Shown one piece after another: positions 1 through 7,956 of a stretch of DNA of 64,000 nucleotides (position 1 is the first letter of the stretch; each line of letters starts with the position of its first letter). Source of the stretch: an uncultured delta proteobacterium. Lineage in GTDB: Bacteria; Myxococcota_A; Polyangia; Haliangiales; Haliangiaceae. The stretch lies in assembly GCA_963848295.1 (NCBI GenBank), contig CAWKDB010000002.1, positions 736,001 to 800,000 of the forward strand, in the 5' to 3' direction. The translations under genes and the position numbers were made by a program. The notes below the pieces were generated by a model, which worked only from the letters and a program-made list of their open reading frames with translations, ran no database searches and had not been told where the DNA came from.

Positions 1-473
1 AGGACAACCTGTCGGTGCTGTGCGATGTCCATCATCGTGGCAAGCACCTCGGCGTTCACGAGTCGCCGATCGCGGGTGCCGTCGATCTGCTGCGCGCGGA
101 CTTCGCGACGTACGTCGAGTCGCAAGTAAAGCAACTCGCCGACGAGACGAAAGCGGCGAAGGCCGCGGCCAAGCTCGCCGCGAAGGCGCCGGCTGCCGCG
201 AAGACGCCTGTCGCCGCGAAGGCTCCCGCTGTCGCCGCGAAGGCTCCGGCTGTCGCTGCGAAGGCGCCGACGGTTGCCAAGGCCAAGCCCGCCGCCGCTC
301 CCGCCGCCGCGGCCGCGAAGATCGGCAAGCCGGTCGCGATCACGAACGGCAAGCACGCCGCCCCGAACGGCAAGCCCGCTGCGCTGAGCGTCAAGCCGAA
401 CGGCAAGCCCGCCACGCCGAAGGCCAAGCCGGCCGCGAAGCCCGGCAAGGCGCGCCCCGCAGCCCACGCGTAA
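1..473 (+). CDS. 5'-truncated protein with HNH-like motif and Ala/Lys/Pro-rich (histone-like) C-terminal tail
   Basis: Frame is open from the window edge and reads DNLSVLCDVHHRGKHLGVH (NL..LC..HH...G.H pattern), followed by repeated AAKAP/KPAA low complexity; stop TAA at 471-473. Confidence 0.55.
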   Translation, partial: DNLSVLCDVHHRGKHLGVHESPIAGAVDLLRADFATYVESQVKQLADETKAAKAAAKLAAKAPAAAKTPVAAKAPAVAAKAPAVAAKAPTVAKAKPAAAPAAAAAKIGKPVAITNGKHAAPNGKPAALSVKPNGKPATPKAKPAAKPGKARPAAHA

Positions 474-479
474 GCTGAC

Positions 480-517
480 TTGACAACCATGATGTCACAA
501 TGACATCTTGGTTGTCA
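480..517 (+). promoter_or_regulatory. Promoter with double operator palindrome upstream of the MarR gene
   Basis: TTGACA at 480-485. 481-497 (TGACAACCATGATGTCA) and 501-517 (TGACATCTTGGTTGTCA) are inverted copies with 1 mismatch; each is TGACA-N7-TGTCA, and the second overlaps the ATG. Confidence 0.7.
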
Positions 518-960
518 TGAAGCCAACCGCCGAGCAGAACGCGTTCGACGAGCTGATCGAGGAGCTGCGCGCGCTGTGGTTCGCGCTCCGTGCGGCGTCG
601 GCGCAGATCCACGCCGACATCGAATGCACCGCGATCGAGCGCGGCGCGATGTTCGATCTCTTGCAACTGGGGCCGCAGACCGTGCCCGCGATGGCGCGCG
701 CCCGCGCGATCAGCCGCCAGGCGATGCAGAAGACGATCGATCGGCTCGCCGCCCGCGGCTGGGTCCACGACGAGCCGAACCCGGCGCACGAGCGATCGGC
801 GCTGATCGCGTTGTCGCCCGCGGGTGGCAAGATCCTCGCGGACATGCGGGCGCGCGAGGTCGCCGGCATCGCCGGGCTCGAGCTCCCGGCGCCGGCCGAG
901 CTCCGTCGTGCCGCGCGCGTGCTCGCGACGATCCGCGCGCAGCTCGGAGCGCCGCGATGA
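517..960 (+). CDS. MarR family transcriptional regulator
   Basis: Winged-helix pattern GPQTVPAMARARAISRQAMQKTIDRLAARGWV...NPAHERSALIALSPAG. Confidence 0.9.
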   Translation: MKPTAEQNAFDELIEELRALWFALRAASAQIHADIECTAIERGAMFDLLQLGPQTVPAMARARAISRQAMQKTIDRLAARGWVHDEPNPAHERSALIALSPAGGKILADMRAREVAGIAGLELPAPAELRRAARVLATIRAQLGAPR

Positions 961-1476
961 TCGCGTTCCGCGACGAGCTCTACGACGGCCAGTTCTTGCG
1001 CACGCTCGGCCATTGCACGTACGGAGGAGGCGTTCGTGCGCGCTGGCGTCGCCCAGCCGATCGAGATCGCATTCGAGGGCACCACCCTCCCCGGTTACTT
1101 CGCGAGCGGCAGCGGCGGGCCGGACCTGCCCCCGGCCGGCAGCGACGCCGAATGGCGGCGCGGATCGATCGACGGGCGACGTCCGCTCGTGATCTCGGTC
1201 GGCGGCTACGATTCCACCGCGGAAGAGTCCTACTTCTGGAACGCGGCGGCCGCGACCGCGCGCGGGTATCACTGCGTGATGTTCGACGGGCCGGGCCAGG
1301 GCTCGCTGTTGATCGAGCGCGGCGAGCCGTTTCGTCCCGATTGGGAGTTGACGTGTGACAAGGACTACATCCGATTCACCGCGGCCGAGGGTACGGGCGG
1401 CCACTGCGAGAGCGGCGCTCGCTCACTCGTTCACGAGCGCGTATTCGATTGGCTGGACCATCAGTTATCTGCGTGA
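957..1476 (+). pseudogene. Alpha/beta hydrolase (2,6-dihydropseudooxynicotine hydrolase-like) remnant with two internal deletions
   Basis: ATGA overlap with marR. N-terminus MIAFRDELYDGQFLRTLG changes frame near 1030; the middle part (GGYDSTAEE, FDGPGQG, FRPDWE) jumps straight to the C-terminus (EGTGGHCE...VFDWLD). The GxSxG nucleophile region is absent. Confidence 0.75.
1117..1173 (+). repeat. 57-bp in-frame palindromic insertion unit (copy 1)
   Basis: GGGCCGGACCTGCCCCCGGCCGGCAGCGACGCCGAATGGCGGCGCGGATCGATCGAC, bracketed by CGGGC; shares the GCCGAA.GGCGGCGCGG..CGATCGAC core with 13379-13527 and 19129-19216. Confidence 0.7.
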
Positions 1477-1531
1477 TCGCCGTCGTTGTAGCCGAAGGTC
1501 CGATCGGCTAGGGTCGCTCGAGGGGTGCGCC

Positions 1532-3385
1532 ATGAGACTAGCTGTCGTCGTTGCGATCATTAGTGTCGTTGGTTGCGGTCCGTCTGGCCGCAACGACCAC
1601 GGACCATGCAGTGGCAGCGCCATGCAATGCGTCGGTAACGAGCTGGAGACCTGCCAGGACGGGACATTCCAGGACTCGCAGACGTGCCCGAACGCGTGCA
1701 GCGACATGCTCGGGTGCGTCCTGTGCGTGCCAGGCACCGGCACGTGCAACGGCAATATCTCCACCGCGTGCAACGCCGACGGCTCCGGCTACGACATGGT
1801 CACGTGTGATCCGGTCGAAGGCGAGAGCTGCGACCAGACGATGGGCGTATGCACGGGCGCGTGCTCGCCTGCAGCCCTCGGCCAGAGCTACATCGGTTGC
1901 GATTACTACCCGACGGTCACCGGCAACATCGTCGGCGACAACTTCGACTTCGCGGTCGCGATCTCGAACACCTCGGGCGACGTCGCGATGATCACGATCG
2001 ACGGAGGCGCGCTCACGACGCCGATGATGGTGACCGTCCCCGCGAACAGCTTGCTCGTCCAGAAGCTGCCGTGGCAGCAGGCGCTGAAGATGTGCAACGA
2101 CGCCGACACGCCGGAGACCGGTGGCTGCGATGACATCGCGCCGCCCGAGCCCGGCATCGTCGCGAAGGGCGCGTACCACCTGCGCTCGAACAACCCGGTC
2201 ACCGTCTATCAGTTCAACTCGCTAGAGTACAGCATCGATGGTGGCGTGGACTTCTCGTTCAGCAACGACGCGTCGCTGATGCTCCCGACCAACGTGTGGC
2301 GCAACAATTACTACGCGGCCGCGCTCGGCGGGCTCGCCGGCGTGAACCCGAGCGAGATGGCGATCACCGCGATGCAGGATGGCACGTCGGTCACGATCAA
2401 CTCTCGTGCGACGACCGACGCCGCACCCGGCATCCAGGCTTTCGCGATCGGCACGCCGCAGACGATCACGCTCAATCAGGGTGACGTCGTCGAGCTGACG
2501 AGCAACGGCGACCCGGCCGAGGAAGACGTGACCGACTACGACTTCACGGGCTCGCAGATCATGTCCAGCGCCCCGGTCCAGGTGATCAGCGGCCATTACT
2601 GCGCGGACGTACCCGATAACCCGCCGGTCGCCGCGTGCGATCACATGGAAGAGTCGATGTTCGGCGTCGACGCGCTCAGCTCGACGTACATCGTCAACGC
2701 GCCGGCCGTCACGACCGAACCGTCCGGCAAGGTCGAAGTGATCCGCGTGATCGCGACGCAACCCGGCACGACGCTGACCTACAGCCCGGCCCAGGCCGGC
2801 GCGCCGACCACGATCGCGAACGCCGGTGGCTTCATCGAGATCGACAACAACTCGGCCAGCTTCATGATCACTGCGAACGAGAAGGTGATGGTCGCGCAGT
2901 ACATGGAGGGCCAAGACGCCGACGAGGCCGGCACCGGCGATCCGGCGATGGCCCTCGCGGTCCCGGTCGAGCAGTTCCGCACGAGCTATCTGTTCCATGC
3001 GCCGGTCAGCTACGACAGCAACTACGTCGATGTCACGGCGCCGACCGGCGCGAACGTCATGCTCGACGGCATGCCGGTCACGTTCAACGCGATCGGCACG
3101 ACCGGCTACTCGCTCGGCCGCGTCAACCCGCTCACCGCCGGCCCGAACGGCGATGGCTCGCACAACATCACCGGCGACATGCCGTTCGGCATCACGGTCT
3201 ATGGCTACGGCCAGTACACGAGCTACTGGTACGCTGGCGGTCTCGACCTCAGCACGATCGTCATCGCGCGCGAAGGTCCGACGAAGGCGCCGGTGACGAA
3301 CACGGCGACGGGTCCCGCATCGCCACCGCGGAGCCGACCGTCGCGTACGACACCTGTCCCGACGGCGCCGGCAGCTCGGCACTGA
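1532..3385 (+). CDS. IgGFc-binding-domain lipoprotein with Cys-rich N-terminus
   Basis: Lipobox VVGC; SYIGCDYY, SNDASLMLP, CDHMEE, GDPAMALAVPVEQF and GYGQYTSYWYAGG motifs. The C-terminus runs on into a duplicated fragment. Confidence 0.8.
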   Translation: MRLAVVVAIISVVGCGPSGRNDHGPCSGSAMQCVGNELETCQDGTFQDSQTCPNACSDMLGCVLCVPGTGTCNGNISTACNADGSGYDMVTCDPVEGESCDQTMGVCTGACSPAALGQSYIGCDYYPTVTGNIVGDNFDFAVAISNTSGDVAMITIDGGALTTPMMVTVPANSLLVQKLPWQQALKMCNDADTPETGGCDDIAPPEPGIVAKGAYHLRSNNPVTVYQFNSLEYSIDGGVDFSFSNDASLMLPTNVWRNNYYAAALGGLAGVNPSEMAITAMQDGTSVTINSRATTDAAPGIQAFAIGTPQTITLNQGDVVELTSNGDPAEEDVTDYDFTGSQIMSSAPVQVISGHYCADVPDNPPVAACDHMEESMFGVDALSSTYIVNAPAVTTEPSGKVEVIRVIATQPGTTLTYSPAQAGAPTTIANAGGFIEIDNNSASFMITANEKVMVAQYMEGQDADEAGTGDPAMALAVPVEQFRTSYLFHAPVSYDSNYVDVTAPTGANVMLDGMPVTFNAIGTTGYSLGRVNPLTAGPNGDGSHNITGDMPFGITVYGYGQYTSYWYAGGLDLSTIVIAREGPTKAPVTNTATGPASPPRSRPSRTTPVPTAPAARH

Positions 3386-3426
3386 CCAGCGCGACGCTGC
3401 TGCCAACCCCTGCGTGGGACGTCAAC
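3316..3426 (+). repeat. Diverged copy of an internal segment (4014-4127) of the downstream gene
   Basis: Reads RIATAEPTVAYDTCPDGAGSSALTSATLLPTPAWDVN versus HITTSEPTVAYDIYPYGGGSSALTSATLLLPTSAWDVN at 4014-4127. Confidence 0.85.
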
Positions 3427-3431
3427 TGACG

Positions 3432-5147
3432 ATGTTCGACCTACCGCGGATCACCCTCGTCACGGTCGCGCTCGCGGCTTGTGGCCCGACCGCGCGCGGC
3501 CACGGCGATGGCGGCGGTGGAGGTGGCGGCGGCGGCGACGCCTGCGGCCCGTCGTGCTCGGCCGATCTGCACGACGTGCTCGACTGCGGCGGCAACGTCG
3601 TCCAGACCTGCGGTCAGGACCAGGGCTGCTCGATGGGCGCGTGCGTCGACGCGTGCCAGTCCGCGGCGGACAACAAGAGCTCGATCGGCTGCGACTACTA
3701 CTCGGTCGAGCCCGACACGATCATCCCCGGGCAGTGCTTCGCGGCGTATATCGCGAACACCTGGACATCGCCGGTCACGATCACGGTCGAATACGGCGGC
3801 ACGCAGCTGCCGATCGACGGGTTCGCGCGGATCCCGAGCGGTCAGGGCCAGGCGCTGACCTACGCGCCGCTCACGAACGGCATGCTCCAGCCTAACCAGG
3901 TCGCGATCTTGTTCCTCGCACGCAACAGCGGCATCGCGTGCCCGGCCGGCGTGACGCCGGCAGTGTCGACCGCCGACGGCGCGGTCCACGGCACCGCGCT
4001 CGGCGAGGCGTTCCACATCACGACCTCGGAGCCGACCGTCGCGTACGACATCTATCCCTACGGTGGCGGCAGCTCGGCGTTGACCAGCGCGACGCTGCTG
4101 CTGCCGACGTCGGCGTGGGACGTCAACTACGTCGCGGTCGATGCGTTCACGAAGTCCACGATCACGAGCGGCCAGCCGTTCACCGAGCTGGTCGCGCTCG
4201 CCGACAACACCCACGTCACGATCCGGCCGACCGCGGCGATCACCGCGGGCACCGGCGTCGCCGGCGCGGCGCAAGGCGTGGGCACGGTCTACGCGCTCAA
4301 CGCCGGCCAGTTCGTCCAGTTCACGCAAGACGCCGAGCTCACCGGGAGCCCGATCACGTCGGACCAACCGGTCGGCGTGTGGGGCGGCGCGAGCTGCCTC
4401 AGCATCGACGTCAGCATCGCGGCGTGCGACGGCGCGCATCAGGAGATCCCGCCGGTCAAGGCGATGGGCAACCACTACGCGGCGGTGCGCTATCGCAATC
4501 GGTTCGCCGGCGTCGAGGAGACTGTGCCGTGGCGGATCGTCGGCGGCGTCGACGGCACGACGCTGACCTACGAGCCCACGATGCCCACCGGCGCACCGAC
4601 CACGCTGAGCGCCGGCCAGCTCGTCCGGTTCGACGCGCCCGGCCCGTTCACGGTGCAGAGCCAGGACGCCGATCACCCGTTCTACATGTCCGCGCACATG
4701 AGCGGCTGCGAGACCTACGGCGCGATCGGCGACTGTCGCGGCGATCCCGAGTTCGTCGACATCGTCCCGCCCGAGCAGTACCTGCCGGCGTACACGTTCT
4801 TCACCGATCCGACCTATCCGGAGACCAACCTCGTGCTCACGCGGATGCAGAAGAACGGCTCGTTCGCCGATGTCACGGTCGACTGCGCCGGCGTGGTCAC
4901 CGGCTGGACCGCGATCGACGCCGCCGACACGATCGAATACACCCGGCTCGATCTCGTCACCGGCAACTTCGCGTCGGTCAACGGTTGCAACAACGGGCTC
5001 CACGTCGCGTCGAGCGCGCAGCCGTTCGGGCTCACCGTCTGGGGCTGGGGCTCGGCGGCGAGCACCGGGTTCAGCTCGCAAGCGGTGAGCTACGCGTATC
5101 CCGCGGGCGCGAGCGTCCGCCCGATCAACAACGTCGTGATCGAGTAG
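3432..5147 (+). CDS. IgGFc-binding-domain lipoprotein (paralog)
   Basis: Lipobox LAAC; SSIGCDYY, SATLLLPTSAW, GDPEFV, SYAYPAG motifs. Confidence 0.82.
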   Translation: MFDLPRITLVTVALAACGPTARGHGDGGGGGGGGGDACGPSCSADLHDVLDCGGNVVQTCGQDQGCSMGACVDACQSAADNKSSIGCDYYSVEPDTIIPGQCFAAYIANTWTSPVTITVEYGGTQLPIDGFARIPSGQGQALTYAPLTNGMLQPNQVAILFLARNSGIACPAGVTPAVSTADGAVHGTALGEAFHITTSEPTVAYDIYPYGGGSSALTSATLLLPTSAWDVNYVAVDAFTKSTITSGQPFTELVALADNTHVTIRPTAAITAGTGVAGAAQGVGTVYALNAGQFVQFTQDAELTGSPITSDQPVGVWGGASCLSIDVSIAACDGAHQEIPPVKAMGNHYAAVRYRNRFAGVEETVPWRIVGGVDGTTLTYEPTMPTGAPTTLSAGQLVRFDAPGPFTVQSQDADHPFYMSAHMSGCETYGAIGDCRGDPEFVDIVPPEQYLPAYTFFTDPTYPETNLVLTRMQKNGSFADVTVDCAGVVTGWTAIDAADTIEYTRLDLVTGNFASVNGCNNGLHVASSAQPFGLTVWGWGSAASTGFSSQAVSYAYPAGASVRPINNVVIE

Positions 5148-5912
5148 TCAGCCGACCCGCTCGGCCGGCGACGCGACGACGACGGAGACCGGGACGTGAT
5201 CGGAAGGCTCCGTCCGGTCGGGCAAGATCGTGTCGTCGGTGAGCCGACCGCCCGCGAGCGCCTGGGTCTCGAGCTCGGAGCTCGTCAGGACGAAATCGAT
5301 TCGACGCGCGCGGCCGTTCGTGACGCAGGTCGGGGCGTCGCTCGCGGCGTGCGGATCGCGAAACCCCGCAGCGGCGAACCGCGCGATCACCTCGTCATCC
5401 GCCGTGACGTTCAGGTCGCCGCAGATCACCGCACCGGATCCACCGGGGCGCTCGCGAGCCGCGGCGAGCAACTCGCCGGCCTGGCGAAGTCCATGACGCG
5501 CGGGAGCTGGCGTGGCAGGCGGGTCCCACTTGAGGTGCGTGTTCGCGATGGTCAGGCCACGGAGACGAACGACGAGCGCGACATGGTCGCTACCGTCGCT
5601 GTATCGAACGACCCGGACGTCCTCGACGGCCTCGTCGCGAGCCACGAACGTCGCACATCCGTCGGGCTTCCCGCCGGCTTTCTGCGCCCAGTGTCCGACG
5701 AAGCTCCGCGCCAGCGCTCTCTCGATGTCGTCGAACGCCGAACGCTCGACCTCCTGAAGGCAAAGCACGTCGCCTCGAAGGCTCGCGACGCGCTGCACGA
5801 CGAGCGCACGTCTCGTCGCGGGGTCCAGGGCAGCGTCGGGACTCTTCGGGTAATACGATCGCCGGACGTACGCGTCGGCGAGGATGTTCCAGGAGACGAT
5901 GGTTCTTCGCAT
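5148..5912 (-). CDS. Endonuclease/exonuclease/phosphatase (EEP) family, CCR4/nocturnin-like
   Basis: SWNILADAY, DVLCLQEV, NTHL, ICGDLN, RIDFV, PSDH motifs. Confidence 0.88.
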   Translation of the reverse strand: MRRTIVSWNILADAYVRRSYYPKSPDAALDPATRRALVVQRVASLRGDVLCLQEVERSAFDDIERALARSFVGHWAQKAGGKPDGCATFVARDEAVEDVRVVRYSDGSDHVALVVRLRGLTIANTHLKWDPPATPAPARHGLRQAGELLAAARERPGGSGAVICGDLNVTADDEVIARFAAAGFRDPHAASDAPTCVTNGRARRIDFVLTSSELETQALAGGRLTDDTILPDRTEPSDHVPVSVVVASPAERVG

Positions 5913-5921
5913 GCGAGATCG

Positions 5922-6734
5922 TCAGCGCGGGCGCAACCAGTCGGGGAGCGGCTCGTTCGCGCCGAGGCAGCGGCCGGTCTCCGCGAGGGCGATGCCATCG
6001 TGCATCGCCGCCGCGGTGGTCACGAGCGAGGGCTCGGCGTCGAGCATCGTCGCGCTCAGCGAGATCACGACGTCGGCATCGTTCGCGACGAGGACGGCGC
6101 CGGTCTTGTTCGCGCGGTGCCAGCTCGCGCGCTGATCGACCACGACGCCATACGCCGGCGCGGCGGTCTTCGCGGTGCAGCGCAGGCTGTCGCGCGCACG
6201 CTCGAACGAGGGGTAGCCCGCGGTCGAGAGCAACTGCACGACGCGACCGCCGCACGTGCCGAACGTGACGGTCGTGAACTGTGCGTTCCCACGGATCGTG
6301 AACTCGAGCGCGGGCGCACCGGCGAGCGTCGCGGTCTTGTGACCGACGACCGAGCCGCCGAGCGCGTTCGCCATCTGCGTCGCGATCACGAGCGCGCTGT
6401 CCACGTCGGGGAGCTCGCCCGGTTGCCAGGTCGCGCCCCAGTCCAGTGAGAGCGCCGAGCCTTCACGGTCGTCGCCAGTGATCGTGAGATCGACGGGCAC
6501 CTCGAGCGACATCCCGGGCAGCTCGACCCGGTGCCAGTCGTCCACGACCGCCGGCGCGTAGTCGGAGTGCGGATACTCGGGGACCGGCCCGGGCTCGTCG
6601 TGCTCGGCCCCGCTCGGCCGATCGTTCATCACACCGGCGATCACGAACACGACGACCGACGCGGCGACACACGCGCCGAGGACGATCAGCGGGATCAGCG
6701 AGGTCGGCTTGCGGCCGCGAAACTGATCGAACAT
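5922..6734 (-). CDS. Hypothetical membrane-anchored protein
   Basis: ATG at 6734, 1 bp after the kinase stop codon; one N-terminal hydrophobic helix. Confidence 0.6.
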   Translation of the reverse strand: MFDQFRGRKPTSLIPLIVLGACVAASVVVFVIAGVMNDRPSGAEHDEPGPVPEYPHSDYAPAVVDDWHRVELPGMSLEVPVDLTITGDDREGSALSLDWGATWQPGELPDVDSALVIATQMANALGGSVVGHKTATLAGAPALEFTIRGNAQFTTVTFGTCGGRVVQLLSTAGYPSFERARDSLRCTAKTAAPAYGVVVDQRASWHRANKTGAVLVANDADVVISLSATMLDAEPSLVTTAAAMHDGIALAETGRCLGANEPLPDWLRPR

Positions 6735-6735
6735 G

Positions 6736-7956
6736 CTAGCCGAGCGCCGCGGCGTCCGCGAAGGCCTTCGCGCTGGCCGGCCGATCGTTCGGGCTCTTCT
6801 GCAGCGCCGCAATGATCGCGGTGTCGAGCGCGGGCGGACAGTCCTTGCGCAGATCGTGGGGCGGAACCGGCGTCTCGGAGATATGCGCGAACCCGATCGC
6901 GATCGCGTTGTCGCCGGAGAACGGCGGTCGACCGGTCACGACGTGATACGCGAGCGCGCCGAGCGAGTAGACGTCGGTGCGCACGTCGACCGGCTTGCCG
7001 CGCACTTGCTCGGGCGCCATGTAGTTCGGCGTGCCGAGGATCGCGCCGGTCGCGGTCAGGCCGTCGCCCGCGGCGGTCGTCGCCAGGCCGAAGTCGATGA
7101 TCTTGACCGCGCCGCGCTCGCCGACGAGCACGTTGCCCGGCTTGAGATCGCGATGGATGACGCCGGCCGCGTGCGCGGCTTCGAGGCCGACGCAGACCTG
7201 GCCGAGCACGTCGGTGACGTCGCGCACCGGCACGAGCCCACGCTGCGCGATCACCTCGGTGAGCGTGCGTCCGGCGAAGTACTCCATCGAGAGATACAGC
7301 AGGCCCGGCCGCGCTTCGCCGAGGTCGTGGATGCGGATCACGTTCGGCGAGCTGATCTTGCGCGCCGACGACGCTTCCTTGCGGAACCGCGCGGCCATCG
7401 CTTGCTCGTCGGCGGCGAACGCGCTCGAGATGACCTTGAGCGCGACCAGCTCGCCGAGCACTTCATCGTCGGCGAGATACACCGCGCCCATCCCGCCTTT
7501 GCCAAGCAGGCGCTGGATGCGATAGCGGTTCGCGAGCACCTGGCCGGGCTCGAGCGTCGTCGAGGTCGAGGTCGGGCGATGGCCGACCGCGGTCGCGGTG
7601 CGATCGAGCGGGTTCGCCGGCTCGGGGGCCGGCTTGCCGTCGCCGGAGGGAGGCGTCTGGGTCGGCGCGGTAGCCGAGACGACCGGGGTCACGACGATCG
7701 AGCGCTGCTCGTCGACCAGCTTCGCGAGCTTCTGGTTGAGCTCGAAGTCGACCGAGCACACGATCGACTCGAGGTTCTCGACGCGCTCGCGCAGGAGCTT
7801 GTTCTCGTCGAGCAGCTTCTGCGAGCCAGCGCCGCCGGTCTTCGCCTCGAGCTCGAGCTTCTTCTCGCCGATGCGCTGGCGATACCTGATGTACGACACG
7901 GCCGGCCACGCGCCGAACACGCCGATCCAGAACACGATGCCGGCGATGCCGTCCAT
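6736..7956 (-). CDS. Ser/Thr protein kinase with N-terminal TM helix and coiled coil
   Basis: GKGGMGAVY, VALK, IHRDLKPGN, DFG, GTPNYMAPE, DVYSLG. Confidence 0.95.
   Translation of the reverse strand: MDGIAGIVFWIGVFGAWPAVSYIRYRQRIGEKKLELEAKTGGAGSQKLLDENKLLRERVENLESIVCSVDFELNQKLAKLVDEQRSIVVTPVVSATAPTQTPPSGDGKPAPEPANPLDRTATAVGHRPTSTSTTLEPGQVLANRYRIQRLLGKGGMGAVYLADDEVLGELVALKVISSAFAADEQAMAARFRKEASSARKISSPNVIRIHDLGEARPGLLYLSMEYFAGRTLTEVIAQRGLVPVRDVTDVLGQVCVGLEAAHAAGVIHRDLKPGNVLVGERGAVKIIDFGLATTAAGDGLTATGAILGTPNYMAPEQVRGKPVDVRTDVYSLGALAYHVVTGRPPFSGDNAIAIGFAHISETPVPPHDLRKDCPPALDTAIIAALQKSPNDRPASAKAFADAAALG

Noticed and set aside
3316..4127. DGR template/variable repeat pair
   Set aside because: Differences are not confined to adenines and include an indel; the only RT in the window is a group II intron RT 55 kb away.
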